NCBI GenBank assembly: GCA_965204745.1
Contig: OZ242010.1
Coordinates: forward strand, 2,720,001 to 2,784,000
Origin: Candidatus Latescibacterota bacterium
GTDB lineage: Bacteria > Latescibacterota > UBA2968
Reading direction: 5' to 3'
Length of the DNA stretch: 64,000 nucleotides
The translations under genes were made by a program, and so were the position numbers. Below are positions 20,228 through 30,561 of this stretch, in pieces. Numbering within the stretch: the stretch's first letter is position 1; each line of letters opens with the position of its first letter. The notes below the pieces were generated by a model, which saw only the letters and a program-made list of their open reading frames with translations, did no database searches and was not told where the DNA came from.

Positions 20228-20278
20228 TCAGTTGTCAGTAGTCAGTAGTCAGTTGTCAGTTGTCAGTTCCCTCGCCCG
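20227..20278 (+). repeat. Heptamer array (GTCAGTT/GTCAGTA, about 6 units) ending in CCCTCGCCC
   Basis: Starts at the stop codon of the upstream gene. Confidence 0.9.
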
Positions 20279-20424
20279 GCCCCATCAATCGTAGGGACAG
20301 GCCCCCGTGCTTGTCTTCGCACCCAATCCCAAAAGCAGTTGTCAGTCCGCACCAAGCCTTGCTTTCGTCCGCTTTTATCCGTTTTTATTCGCGTTCATCT
20401 GTGGTTGCTTTTCAGGACTTTATC

Positions 20425-21249
20425 ATGAATCTGCATCGAGCCAAAATGGATATTGTCGAAGCCGGTCGCCGCGTGTACGAGCGCGGTTTTGTCGCTTCTA
20501 ATGACGGCAATATCTCGTGTCGAATTGAAGAAGACCGCATTCTCACCACGCCGACGGGCATGTCCAAGGGCTTTCTCAAACTCGAAGACCTGTGCATCGT
20601 GGATATGGATGGCGCGCTCGTCAGCGGTCAGCGGCGTCCGTCCTCTGAGATTGGCATGCACATTTTTTTGTATTGCCAACGTCCGGACGTGCGCGCTGTG
20701 GTTCACGCACATCCGCCGACCGCGACGGGTTTTGCAGTTGCAGGCGTGCCCCTGACCGCGTGCGTGTTGCCCGAGGTGGTGATTACGCTCGGCGCCATTC
20801 CCATTGCGGAATACGGCACCCCGGGCGGGCCGGAGATTTCCGAACCCATCCGGCAATACGTCATGGATTACGACGCGTATTTGCTGGAAAATCACGGCGC
20901 GACCACCATTGGCGCGGACGTGATGAACGCCTATTACAAAATGGAGACGTTGGAACATTTTGCGAAGATTCTGTTTGTGGCAAAACAACTCGGGGGGTAC
21001 AACGAGCTCGATGCAGAACAGGTCGCCAAACTGGTCGCCATCCGCGACCGCATGGGCCTGCGCGGCCCGGATCCTGCTTGCGATATTCCGGATGCGTCGC
21101 CAACGCAACCCGCATCTGACGACGCCATTCCCACGATTCGCACGTTGAGCGCGGGCGGATCCCCCCCTGACCAAACACCACAAGCCGATCTCGTCGCGGA
21201 AATCACGCGCAGGGTTATGGCAGAATTAAAAACCGGAGACGCACGATGA
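20425..21249 (+). CDS. Class II aldolase (fuculose/rhamnulose-1-phosphate aldolase-like) with C-terminal encapsulation peptide
   Basis: DGNIS, TPTG, PSSE..MH, VHAHP, LENHG; tail DLVAEITRRVMAEL. Confidence 0.9.
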   Translation: MNLHRAKMDIVEAGRRVYERGFVASNDGNISCRIEEDRILTTPTGMSKGFLKLEDLCIVDMDGALVSGQRRPSSEIGMHIFLYCQRPDVRAVVHAHPPTATGFAVAGVPLTACVLPEVVITLGAIPIAEYGTPGGPEISEPIRQYVMDYDAYLLENHGATTIGADVMNAYYKMETLEHFAKILFVAKQLGGYNELDAEQVAKLVAIRDRMGLRGPDPACDIPDASPTQPASDDAIPTIRTLSAGGSPPDQTPQADLVAEITRRVMAELKTGDAR

Positions 21250-21515
21250 CAAAGGATGCAATCTGGAGAGATCGAATCGTCAAAGACCCGCTGATACTGG
21301 CCGGCAAACCCACGGTAAAAGGCACGCGAATCTCGGTGGAACTGATCGTGGAACTGCTGGATGGGGGCCGAAGCGAAGCCGACATCATTCGCATGTATTC
21401 GCACATTACCCCGGAAGACATCCGGGCGTGTCGAGAGTACGCCGCCACCGGCGCGAAGTTGTCCAATGTGACTTGGGCAGATATTGACGCGATGATGGAT
21501 GGCAGGCGAAAATAA
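21246..21515 (+). CDS. DUF433-family antitoxin
   Basis: DPLILAGKPTVKGTRISVELIVELL...ITPEDIRACREYA. Confidence 0.85.
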   Translation: MTKDAIWRDRIVKDPLILAGKPTVKGTRISVELIVELLDGGRSEADIIRMYSHITPEDIRACREYAATGAKLSNVTWADIDAMMDGRRK

Positions 21516-21541
21516 AAAATTGAAGAAAGGAGAACCCCGAA

Positions 21542-21772
21542 ATGGCTATGGCAACAATCTCGATTCAAGTGGATGAAGAGGCCGCGAAAGCCTATACCGA
21601 GGTGTCGCCCCAAGAGCGACGCAAAATAGAGTGTCTGCTACGCCTTCGCCTCCAAGACCTCACGCTTAGGCCGAGACGATCTTTGAAAGCAGTGATGGAT
21701 GAAATCGGACAACAGGCAGAAGCCCGCGGGCTGACCCCGGAACTTGTGGAGTCTTTACTCAATGACGAGTGA
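21542..21772 (+). CDS. Small antitoxin-like protein (paralog of 57511-57735)
   Basis: TISIQVD..AAKAY...RRK...SL..VM.EI...A..RGLTPE...S.L shared with the 57.5-kb gene. Confidence 0.65.
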   Translation: MAMATISIQVDEEAAKAYTEVSPQERRKIECLLRLRLQDLTLRPRRSLKAVMDEIGQQAEARGLTPELVESLLNDE

Positions 21773-21788
21773 TTTGCGGATCGTTTTT
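21762..21788 (+). pseudogene. N-terminal stub of a PIN toxin
   Basis: An ATG overlapping the antitoxin 3' end reads MTSDLRIVF and then runs into the MITE copy. Confidence 0.45.
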
Positions 21789-22168
21789 ACTGACGTTCCG
21801 CAGTTCAAATAAGGCATCCCAACAAGTGCCCTCGCAAAACACCCTCAGATCAAACCATCACGCACAGCGCGCAAGGCCGTCTCGCAACCAACGTCCATCT
21901 GGCAACCCACCTTGCAGGCTGACGCATGTCGTTCTGTTACAAAAGCGATTTGCGCTGTGCAAGCCCCTCGGCGTTTGAGAGCGGCATTTTTGAACTGCTG
22001 GGGCAGTTGTACCCCGCTCGCTTACTTTTTTTTGCTGTTGAAAAAAAGTAGGTCGCCGAAGGCATCAAAGGCAACCAACGAGGCTGTAGGACCAAACGCC
22101 TTAAATCAGCAAACAACACATTTGCTACTCTGTGCGTAACGTTAAAAAAATAAAATGTCAACACACCC
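21780..22168. mobile_element. Left-truncated second copy of the MITE at 11501-11995
   Basis: Colinear with 11640-11995; right inverted repeat AAATGTCAACACACCC followed by TA; extra 28-bp hairpin-repeat insert at about 21993-22020. Confidence 0.8.
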
Positions 22169-22224
22169 TAGTATAAGACCTGTATCGGATTCCTTTTTGA
22201 TCGGTCAACAGGAGGTCAAAATTC

Positions 22225-23520
22225 ATGGCTGAAAAATCCTTGCCGAATATCATTTACATCCTGTCGGACGATCTCGGGTATGGGGATTTGGGGTGTTTTG
22301 GTCAGGAGTTGATTTATACGCCGCATATCGACCGCATTGCCGCCGAGGGCATTCGCTTTACGGATCACTACGCCGGATCTTCGGTTTGCGCGCCGTCGCG
22401 GTGCGTGCTCATGACCGGGTTGCACACGGGGCATTGTTATGTGCGCGACAACCGCAGATTGCCGATTGAGGGCAATGTCCCCATCCCATGCGACACGCAG
22501 ACGACTGCCAAGTTGCTCAGAGGGGCCGGGTATGCCACCGCTTGCATTGGCAAATGGGGATTGGGGTATCCCGGTTCGGAGGGCGATCCCAACAATCAGG
22601 GCTTCGATCACTTTTTTGGGTACAACTGCCAGCGCGAAGCCCACACGTATTACCCGCAGCACCTGTGGCGAAACGATAAAAAAATCATGCTCTACGGCAA
22701 CTCGTATTCCCACGACTTGCTCACGAGCGAGGCATTGCAATTTGTGCGCGACCAACAGGCCAATCCGTTTTTCCTGTACTTGGCGTACACCATTCCGCAC
22801 ACGCGGTTTGAAATTCCATCGCTCGACATTTACAAAGACAGGCCCTGGACGGAAGATCAGAAAACGCAGGCCGCGATGATCACGCGCATGGACCGCGACA
22901 TCGGCACGCTGTTGGAGATGCTGGACGAACTCGGCATTGCCGAAAACACGCTGGTGATTTTTACGAGCGACAATGGGCCGCACGGCGTTGGCAACACGCT
23001 CGAACACTTCACTGCGGCCGGCCCGTTGCGCGCGAGAAAGGGCAGCCTGTATGAGGGCGGCATCCGCGTGCCCTTTGTCGCACGGTGGCCGGGGACGATC
23101 TCACCCGGCACGACGAGTGCTCATCCATCGGGATTTCAGGACATGCTACCCACGTTCTGCGAACTGGCCGACGCGTCCATTCCCGAACCCGTGGATGGCA
23201 TCTCGATGGTGTCCGCGCTTACGGGCCGCGATGACCAGCGCGAACGCGATTTTCTCTATTGGGAGCGGCGCGGTGCCAGCGCGGTTCGCCTGGGCGATTG
23301 GAAGGCGTATTTGCCCGAGGGCCATACCAATCCCGAAGGGCGCGTTGAACTCTACGATTTGGCAACGGATATCGGCGAGCAAAACGACCTCGCAACGGAC
23401 CATCCCGATCTCGTTTCAGAAATCCGAACCATCGTTCGAGAATCACATCGGGACACGCCTTGGGAAACATGGGCATACACCGGCCCGATTCCCAATGAAT
23501 ACGGCACCGTGGTTTATTGA
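22225..23520 (+). CDS. Cys-type arylsulfatase (S1 family)
   Basis: DDLGYGD, CAPSR.LMTG, GKWGLG, SDNG, KGSLYEGGIRVP. Confidence 0.93.
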   Translation: MAEKSLPNIIYILSDDLGYGDLGCFGQELIYTPHIDRIAAEGIRFTDHYAGSSVCAPSRCVLMTGLHTGHCYVRDNRRLPIEGNVPIPCDTQTTAKLLRGAGYATACIGKWGLGYPGSEGDPNNQGFDHFFGYNCQREAHTYYPQHLWRNDKKIMLYGNSYSHDLLTSEALQFVRDQQANPFFLYLAYTIPHTRFEIPSLDIYKDRPWTEDQKTQAAMITRMDRDIGTLLEMLDELGIAENTLVIFTSDNGPHGVGNTLEHFTAAGPLRARKGSLYEGGIRVPFVARWPGTISPGTTSAHPSGFQDMLPTFCELADASIPEPVDGISMVSALTGRDDQRERDFLYWERRGASAVRLGDWKAYLPEGHTNPEGRVELYDLATDIGEQNDLATDHPDLVSEIRTIVRESHRDTPWETWAYTGPIPNEYGTVVY

Positions 23521-24014
23521 TCAGGTTCAGGTGAGGCATCGTCATTGGCTTCGCGCAAGGCTTCTAACTCGGGTAAAATCAGGTGATCCTTTGGGCGGTC
23601 AGCAGCGCGTTTGGCCTCGATCAATGCTTCGAGGGAAAGCACGGCGCACGCCACCCCAAAAAGCGCGACAGAGATAGATGAAGCCGACACCTGTTCAAAA
23701 TCTCCAAGACCTGCGACTTCGCCCAATAGGTCTATATCGCCTAGATCTGTTTTGAGCGTAAAATTCAAACCGCGGCGCAGGGTTATTGCATCCCAAAAAA
23801 ATGGCACGGCGTCCGGTACACCTCGCAACGCGGGATGGTATGGCGCCAATGCTTTTACCAACCGCGCCAAATTCTCTCCATCGCGGCGATAACAAATGTC
23901 GAGATCGTAAGTCACATAAGCCGAACCGTGAATTGTCGCTGCCACGCCTCCAATGATCACAAATTCGACTTGATTATTTGCGAGGCAGAGGATGAGTTTT
24001 TTGAGATTAACCAT
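23514..24014 (-). CDS. Nucleotidyltransferase-like protein
   Basis: FVIIGGVA..HG...TYDLDI; KRAADRPKD. Confidence 0.7.
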   Translation of the reverse strand: MVNLKKLILCLANNQVEFVIIGGVAATIHGSAYVTYDLDICYRRDGENLARLVKALAPYHPALRGVPDAVPFFWDAITLRRGLNFTLKTDLGDIDLLGEVAGLGDFEQVSASSISVALFGVACAVLSLEALIEAKRAADRPKDHLILPELEALREANDDASPEPDQ

Positions 24015-24023
24015 GGGATTTTC

Positions 24024-24212
24024 CTACTTTTCTGCGCTACCGCGGATTTGATCGAGGGCGATCATCTCTCGTTGCAGGCGCGACACCCGTTCTTCGGCCG
24101 TGAGGCGCAATCGCTCGATGAGCAACGTGAGGTCGATGCCAAAATCGCGTGCTCGCGCAATCGCGCTGTTTGGCCGAGGATTTCGCAACCGTTCTTCTGC
24201 TGAAGGGTTCAC
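24024..24212 (-). CDS. Small partner protein of the nucleotidyltransferase (TA-like pair)
   Basis: FGIDLTLLIERLRLTAEER motif; RBS AAGGAG; co-oriented directly upstream. Confidence 0.55.
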   Translation of the reverse strand: MNPSAEERLRNPRPNSAIARARDFGIDLTLLIERLRLTAEERVSRLQREMIALDQIRGSAEK

Positions 24213-24329
24213 CGTTCGCTCCTTTTGTTGGGGCGAATAATTGCCCCAACAATATATCCCCGCGCCCTAAAAGGGCAAGGGTCTTACGGGCTATTTAGAT
24301 AACAAGGCAGAGTAGAAAACGAACAACCG

Positions 24330-25538
24330 ATGTCTCATCACAAAGCGACCATCGTTATCTTTTGCAGTGCCCTCATCGTGTTCATCAGCATGGGCATTCG
24401 TCAATCCTTTGGCCTTTTTTTAACGCCGATCAGCCGAGACCTCGGCATTGGGCGCGAAGTGTTTAGCCTTGCCATCGCTTGGCAAAACCTCATTTTCGGC
24501 CTGCCCGTATTGGGCATTGTCGCCGATTATTTTGGACCGCGATGGGTCGTTGCTGGCGGCGCGTTGCTCTACGCCATTTGTTTCTATTTGCTATCTTCGA
24601 TCAGCACGCCTTGGGGCCTCTACGCTGTGCTCGGCGCGCTGATGGGCATTGCCCTGAGCAGCATCTCCTATGTCGTAATCCTCGGCGCGGTCGCTCGGGT
24701 TGTGCCCCCGGAAAAACGCGCCTCGCGGTTTGGGCTTATCACGGCGGCCGGTTCTTTTGGCACTTTCGCGCTCGTGCCCGGCGTGCAAGGGCTCATTTCC
24801 CACTTGGGCTGGCAATCCTCATTTGCTTTTATCGCGCTGATCGCGGGCGCGATTGCTTTTTTGTGCGTGGGGCTTCCGCAGGGGAACAGCGCGCAAAATC
24901 GGCACGCCACCACCGAATCCGGCGGCCTGCTTCACGCCCTGCATCAGGCGCGCGCCCATTCGGGATATTGGTTGCTCAATGCGGGCTTTTTTGTGTGTGG
25001 ATTTCACGTCGCATTTATCGCCACCCACCTGCCCGCATTTTTGACGGATCACGATCTTTCAAAAATGGCCGGCGCGACCGCGTTATCCCTCATTGGCCTG
25101 TTCAACATTTTTGGTTCCTATCTTTCGGGCGTACTCGGCGACAGGTACCGCAAAAAGTACCTTTTGAGTTTGCTCTATTTGGGGCGCGCCCTCGTCATCG
25201 GCGGGTTCCTCGTCGTCCCTGTCACCACCACTTCTGCCCTGGTATTTGGCGGGTTTATTGGCTTCTTGTGGCTCGCAACCGTTCCCCTGACCAGCGGCAC
25301 TGTCGCGCAGATTTTTGGGGCGCGCTATCTCTCCACCCTGTACGGCATTGTCTTTTTTAGCCACCAGATCGGTAGTTTTGCAGGCGTGTGGCTAGCAGGG
25401 CGCGTGTATGACGCCACGGGTTCTTACGACATCATCTGGATCGCCGCCATTCTGTTGAGCCTGACGTCGTCCCTCGTCCATCTGCCCATTGCCGACAAAC
25501 CCGTTCAAAAGCTCGAACCCGTTGGGGCGTTCTCATGA
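24330..25538 (+). CDS. MFS transporter
   Basis: About 12 TM segments; GIRQSFGLF, GFFVCGFH, LGDRY, HQIGSF. Confidence 0.9.
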   Translation: MSHHKATIVIFCSALIVFISMGIRQSFGLFLTPISRDLGIGREVFSLAIAWQNLIFGLPVLGIVADYFGPRWVVAGGALLYAICFYLLSSISTPWGLYAVLGALMGIALSSISYVVILGAVARVVPPEKRASRFGLITAAGSFGTFALVPGVQGLISHLGWQSSFAFIALIAGAIAFLCVGLPQGNSAQNRHATTESGGLLHALHQARAHSGYWLLNAGFFVCGFHVAFIATHLPAFLTDHDLSKMAGATALSLIGLFNIFGSYLSGVLGDRYRKKYLLSLLYLGRALVIGGFLVVPVTTTSALVFGGFIGFLWLATVPLTSGTVAQIFGARYLSTLYGIVFFSHQIGSFAGVWLAGRVYDATGSYDIIWIAAILLSLTSSLVHLPIADKPVQKLEPVGAFS

Positions 25539-26734
25539 AAATTCTCATTGCAAATGCCGGCTCCACGTCGTTTAAGTACCGCTTGTTTGACATGGGCGAC
25601 GAGTCGGTTCTCGCGGAGGGGCGTCTCGAGCGGATTGGCGATGCAATGTCGCCGGTTGCCCATCGCACAGCCGAAGGCGCGGTTGAGACCGAGCAACATT
25701 TGCCGAACTATGCTGCTGCGGTGCGCGCGGTGATCGCCCGCCTCACAGATGCCCGCACAGGCGTACTCGCGGATTTGTCCGAGCTCGACGCGGTCGGATT
25801 TAAGACCGTTCACCTGCGCGGCAAAGCGGGGACGCATCTCCTCACCGAGGAGATTTTGCAGCGCATGGCGGACTACAACACCCTCGCGCCGGCGCACAAC
25901 CCGCCCTATATCCAAGCCATTCGCATTTTCGCCCAAGACCATCCCGACCTGCCCCTCATCGGCCTGTTTGAATCCGCGTTTCACAACACCATCCCGGACT
26001 ACGCCTATATTTACAGCACGCCCTACGCCTGGTACGAAAAATACGGGGTTCGCAAATACGGATTTCACGGCGCGTCCCATCGCTATGTGGCCCAACGCAC
26101 AGCGCAGTTGCTCGACCGGGATGATCTGCGCCTCGTATCGTGCCATCTCGGGGGGAGTTCCTCTCTGTGTGCGATTCGCAACGGGCAGTCTATCGACACG
26201 TCTATGGGCTTTTCGCCGCAACACGGGATTATCAACAGCACGCGCATTGGAACGATTGACGCATTCGCGCTTCCCTATATTATGGAACGCGAAAACCTGT
26301 CGCCCGAGGAGATGGCGCACGTCCTATCCGAAGAAAGCGGCCTGCTCGGGATTTCGGGCATCAGCGGGGATGTGCGCGACCTTGAAGCCGCGGCGCAAAG
26401 GGGGCACGACCGCGCGCGCCTGGCCCTCGAGGCATTTTGTTATGGCGTCAAAAAAGAGATCGGCGCGTGCGCGGCAGCACTCGGCGGCCTCGATGCCATC
26501 GCGTTTGCCGGAGGCATTGGGGAACGCGGCGCGAACGCACGCCAACGCATTTGCACGGGCCTCGAATCCATGGGCGTTCACCTCGACCCATCGACAAATG
26601 CCAATCCACCCGCAGAGGGCATGATTTCAACGCCCAACAGCGATGTCGCCATCCTGATCATCCAAACCGACGAAGAACGCATCGTCGCCCGCGCAACGGT
26701 GGAATACTTGAAAGAGAGAAAGGATCACCCATGA
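25535..26734 (+). CDS. ackA: Acetate/propionate kinase
   Basis: NAGSTSFK, LAPAHNP, YGFHGASH, CHLGG, DTSMG, GGIGE, TDEE. Confidence 0.92.
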   Translation: MKILIANAGSTSFKYRLFDMGDESVLAEGRLERIGDAMSPVAHRTAEGAVETEQHLPNYAAAVRAVIARLTDARTGVLADLSELDAVGFKTVHLRGKAGTHLLTEEILQRMADYNTLAPAHNPPYIQAIRIFAQDHPDLPLIGLFESAFHNTIPDYAYIYSTPYAWYEKYGVRKYGFHGASHRYVAQRTAQLLDRDDLRLVSCHLGGSSSLCAIRNGQSIDTSMGFSPQHGIINSTRIGTIDAFALPYIMERENLSPEEMAHVLSEESGLLGISGISGDVRDLEAAAQRGHDRARLALEAFCYGVKKEIGACAAALGGLDAIAFAGGIGERGANARQRICTGLESMGVHLDPSTNANPPAEGMISTPNSDVAILIIQTDEERIVARATVEYLKERKDHP

Positions 26735-27852
26735 AAATCACTGATATTCGCACGATTCCGCTGTTTGGGGAAACGCCGATGACGGGCTGGACGCATGAAC
26801 CCGGGCCGGATGAGAATATGCACACCTTGGTCGAGGTGCAGACCGATGAGGGCATCAGCGGGGTAGGCAGTGTTTTTACCAGCAAGGCGTTGGTCGATGG
26901 GGCGATGGGGTTGTTGCGCCCCAAGCTGATGGGGGAAAACGCGCTGGAGCCAGAGCGCGTGGCTGAAAAACTGCACCAGATGACCTTTTGGCAAGGGCGC
27001 GGAGGCGCGATCACGCATGCGATCAGCGGTATTGACATCGCGCTGTGGGATATTTTCGGCAAAGCGGTCGGGCAACCGGTGGGGCGCTTGCTCGGCGGGT
27101 ATTACCGGGAGCGGATCAAGCCTTATGGATCGATTCTCTTTGAAGATCCAGAGACATTTCCCACTACATTGCAAAACGCGCTCGACCGAGGATTCAGGGC
27201 ACTCAAGTTGGGTTGGGGAGCGTTTGGGCGCATCGACCGGCGCGTGGATGAACGCTTGGTCAAAATCGCCCGAGACACCTGTGGCCCGGAGGTTGAACTC
27301 ATGGTCGATGCGGGTGGGAGCGATGCGTTTTGGCCGCACAATTACAAATGGGCGATAGAGACCGCGCGCATGCTCCGGGATTACGATATCACCTGGTTTG
27401 AAGAAGCCCTGCCGCCCGACGATATCGAAGGCCATATCGAGTTGCGCGAACATTCGCCCGTTCCCATTGCCGGGGGCGAAGTGTTCACCCGGCGGCAGAG
27501 TTTTATGCCGTGGATCGAACGCGGCGCGTACGATATCATCCAGCCCGATGTCACCAAAGTGGGGGGCATTTCCGAAGTGCGGCGGTTGATTTGGTATGCG
27601 TATGACCACAATGTTTTGGTCGTCACGCACGGGTGGAATACCGCGATTGGCCTGGTCGCCGATCTCCACTTGGCGGCGGCGCATCCGATTGCGCGCTGGG
27701 TGGAATACATCACCCCATCGCCCTATATCGAGGACATTGTCACCACGCGGTTCGCGCTCGACGCGGATGGCCTACTCGCCATTCCCACTGCGCCGGGCTT
27801 GGGCATAGAACTCGACTGGGATGCGGTGCGCCATTACGCGGAAAAAAAATAA
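26731..27852 (+). CDS. Mandelate racemase/muconate lactonising enzyme family (sugar-acid dehydratase-like)
   Basis: DIALWD, MVDAG, WFEE, GGE, QPD, THGW. Confidence 0.88.
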   Translation: MKITDIRTIPLFGETPMTGWTHEPGPDENMHTLVEVQTDEGISGVGSVFTSKALVDGAMGLLRPKLMGENALEPERVAEKLHQMTFWQGRGGAITHAISGIDIALWDIFGKAVGQPVGRLLGGYYRERIKPYGSILFEDPETFPTTLQNALDRGFRALKLGWGAFGRIDRRVDERLVKIARDTCGPEVELMVDAGGSDAFWPHNYKWAIETARMLRDYDITWFEEALPPDDIEGHIELREHSPVPIAGGEVFTRRQSFMPWIERGAYDIIQPDVTKVGGISEVRRLIWYAYDHNVLVVTHGWNTAIGLVADLHLAAAHPIARWVEYITPSPYIEDIVTTRFALDADGLLAIPTAPGLGIELDWDAVRHYAEKK

Positions 27853-27916
27853 ACGAATCCCGACCAACCCGACCATAGCCCCAAAATCCGATGCACTTTG
27901 ATTTGAGGAGGAAGTT

Positions 27917-28867
27917 ATGAGAACAGCGTTGATGAGTCTGATCGTCGCCAGTCTCTGGTTTGGATGCGAGTCGTCACCACAGATAGAAGATCGCGGGAAA
28001 CCCTTCAAGTTTCTCCTCGATTGGCAGGCAGAGCCGACGTATCTCGGCATTTACCTCGGCAAGGCCCGGGGCGGGTTTGCGCGTCTTGGTTTGGATGTGG
28101 AGATCGTGCAGTCTTGGGGGGCGAATGCCGCGGCGTCTGCTGTGGCCGCGGGCGAATACGAGATCGCAACCGCTTCGGGGGGCGCGACAGTGATTGCGAG
28201 TAGCAATGGTGCGCGCTTGGTTTCGACCGCTGTGTTGTATCCGCGGTTGCCCACGGTGATCTACGGGCTTGCGGTGCAGGGCGTCCACGCACCGGGGGAT
28301 TTGGTCCGCAAGAAGGTGGGCGTCTATGAACAGAGCATCAACAAGAACGAGTTTGAGGCGTTTTTGAAACTCACGGGCATTGCGGCAAACGATGTTGAAC
28401 TCGTTTCGATCAGCGGCCCGGACATTCCAATATTGCTCGACGGGCAGGCCGATGCGGTGCTGCATTACTTCGAGATGAGTCCGACCCGCCTTGCCCTTGA
28501 GCGGGAGACGTTTCAACTTTCGCTGGACGAGTACGGGGTGAAGGGGTATAGCTTGAACCTGATCACGTCGGCAGAGACGTACGCACGCGAGCGGGAGTTG
28601 ATCGACAATGTGACGGTTGCGGTGCTGGACGGGTACCGCGAGGGTTGCGCGGATCAGCCCGCGGCAGTGCGGACGTTTTTGGAGATTTTCCCAGACAAAG
28701 ACGCGCGGTATGTCGAGAAGAGTTGGGCGAGCGTGTGCGCGTTTATCGGCGAGGATGTCGGGCAACAGACCGCAGAGGGCTGGCAGACGACGATTGATCT
28801 CTATGGTAGCGTGGGCCTGCTCGGCAATACCCCGGTCACGCCTGCGGATATCCTGCCTCCAAAGTAG
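27917..28867 (+). CDS. NMT1/THI5-like ABC substrate-binding lipoprotein
   Basis: Lipobox LWFGC; LDW; GLDVEI; KKVG; no permease gene adjacent. Confidence 0.72.
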   Translation: MRTALMSLIVASLWFGCESSPQIEDRGKPFKFLLDWQAEPTYLGIYLGKARGGFARLGLDVEIVQSWGANAAASAVAAGEYEIATASGGATVIASSNGARLVSTAVLYPRLPTVIYGLAVQGVHAPGDLVRKKVGVYEQSINKNEFEAFLKLTGIAANDVELVSISGPDIPILLDGQADAVLHYFEMSPTRLALERETFQLSLDEYGVKGYSLNLITSAETYARERELIDNVTVAVLDGYREGCADQPAAVRTFLEIFPDKDARYVEKSWASVCAFIGEDVGQQTAEGWQTTIDLYGSVGLLGNTPVTPADILPPK

Positions 28868-28900
28868 TGCTATAACTGTGTATTTTCGGTGGAGTTGACG

Positions 28901-29680
28901 ATGGCAAATATCCTTTCCCCATACCGGCCCGATCCGAAAGCCTGCGCGGTTGCCCGTGCGGTTGAGGAGGCGATTCATCCGGATAGGGTCATCCTGTTTG
29001 GATCGCGTGCTCGGGGCGACTTTAACGCGGATTCCGACATCGATCTGCTCATCATCACAGACGCTGAGCGGCGGGATAAGTGGGAATCTGAACGGAACCG
29101 AGTGGTGGCACATCGCAAGATCGAGGAAGTGTATGACCATTGGGTCGGCGTGGACTTGGTTCACATGAGCGAGGCTGCGTTTCACTATGGTCGCCGTGCG
29201 CGCAATCACCTAGCAGGGCAAGCCGTGCGCGATGGCTTTGACGCGAATGGAGATAAGGTGAATTACGATAATCCTGAGCCAACGAATTGGCCCGACATCC
29301 GGCAACGCATTGCAAACGCCGAGCGAGAACTCAAGGCTATGGAAGTGTTAGTTGAAGGAGAAGGCCCTCAAGAAGCCATTGGCTTTCACGCACAGCAGGC
29401 GATAGAAAACGCGCTGAAGGGGTGGATTTCCGCGCTGGATGCCGATTATGGGAATACCCACGATTTGGGCACATTGATGGCGATAGTGCGCCGGCATCCC
29501 GACGAGAATGACACGTACGCTGGCGAACGATTGATGTGGTTGAGCGACTATGCGGTTGAGTACCGCTATGAGGGCGCGAGGGTGGAGATGGACGACCGCT
29601 TTGGGTTGCTCGAAGGCGTCACCGAGACCGTGCATGCCATCATTGATCGCATCCGTGCGCTGACCGGTAAGCGTGAATAG
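28901..29680 (+). CDS. MNT-HEPN fusion protein, copy 1
   Basis: LFGSRARGD..DSDIDLL; FHAQQAIENALK, THDL, RY. Confidence 0.88.
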   Translation: MANILSPYRPDPKACAVARAVEEAIHPDRVILFGSRARGDFNADSDIDLLIITDAERRDKWESERNRVVAHRKIEEVYDHWVGVDLVHMSEAAFHYGRRARNHLAGQAVRDGFDANGDKVNYDNPEPTNWPDIRQRIANAERELKAMEVLVEGEGPQEAIGFHAQQAIENALKGWISALDADYGNTHDLGTLMAIVRRHPDENDTYAGERLMWLSDYAVEYRYEGARVEMDDRFGLLEGVTETVHAIIDRIRALTGKRE

Positions 29681-29726
29681 ATCGGGTAGATGAGGACATG
29701 ATATGTACCAAATCGGGAAATTGACC

Positions 29727-30506
29727 ATGCCAAGTATTCTATTTCCATGCCGGCCCGATCCGAAAGCCTGCGCGGTTGCCCGTGCGGTTGAGGAGGCGAT
29801 TCATCCGGATAGGGTCATCCTGTTCGGCTCGCGCGCTCGGGGCGACTTTAACGCGGATTCCGACATCGATCTGCTCATCATCACCGACGCTGAGCGGCGG
29901 GATAAATGGGAATACGTGCGGCACAGCGAGGTGGCGCATCGCAAGAGCGAGGAAGTGTACAAGCAGTGGGTCGGCGTGGATTTGGTTCACATGAGCGAGG
30001 CTACGTTTCACTATGGTCGGCGCGCACGCAATCACATAGCAGGGCAAGCCGTGCGCGATGGCTTTGATGCGAATGGAGACAAGGTGAATTACGATAACCC
30101 CAAACCGACGAATTGGCCCGACATAAGGCAACGCATTGCAAACGCCGAGCGAGAACTCCGCGTTTTGACTATCCTCGTTGAAGCAGACGCCGACCAAGAA
30201 GCCATTGGCTTTCACGCGCAACAAGCGATAGAGAACGCGCTGAAGGGATGGATTTCCGCGCTGGATGCCGATTATGGGAATACCCACGATTTGGGAACAT
30301 TAATGGCGATAGTCCGCCAGCATCCCGACGAGAACGATACACCGGCCGGCGAACGATTGACGTGGTTGAGCAAGTATGCGGTCACGTACCGCTATGAGGG
30401 CGCGGTGGTAGAGATAGAGGACCGCTTCGCGTTGCTCGAAGGCGTCACCGAGACCGTGCATGCCATCATTGACCGCATCCGTGCGCTGGCCGGTAAGCGT
30501 GAATAG
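29727..30506 (+). CDS. MNT-HEPN fusion protein, copy 2
   Basis: Same motifs as copy 1. Confidence 0.88.
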   Translation: MPSILFPCRPDPKACAVARAVEEAIHPDRVILFGSRARGDFNADSDIDLLIITDAERRDKWEYVRHSEVAHRKSEEVYKQWVGVDLVHMSEATFHYGRRARNHIAGQAVRDGFDANGDKVNYDNPKPTNWPDIRQRIANAERELRVLTILVEADADQEAIGFHAQQAIENALKGWISALDADYGNTHDLGTLMAIVRQHPDENDTPAGERLTWLSKYAVTYRYEGAVVEIEDRFALLEGVTETVHAIIDRIRALAGKRE

Positions 30507-30561
30507 GCCGTGTAGATGAGGACATGAGATGAGCAGTATGTACCAAATCGGGAAATTGACC

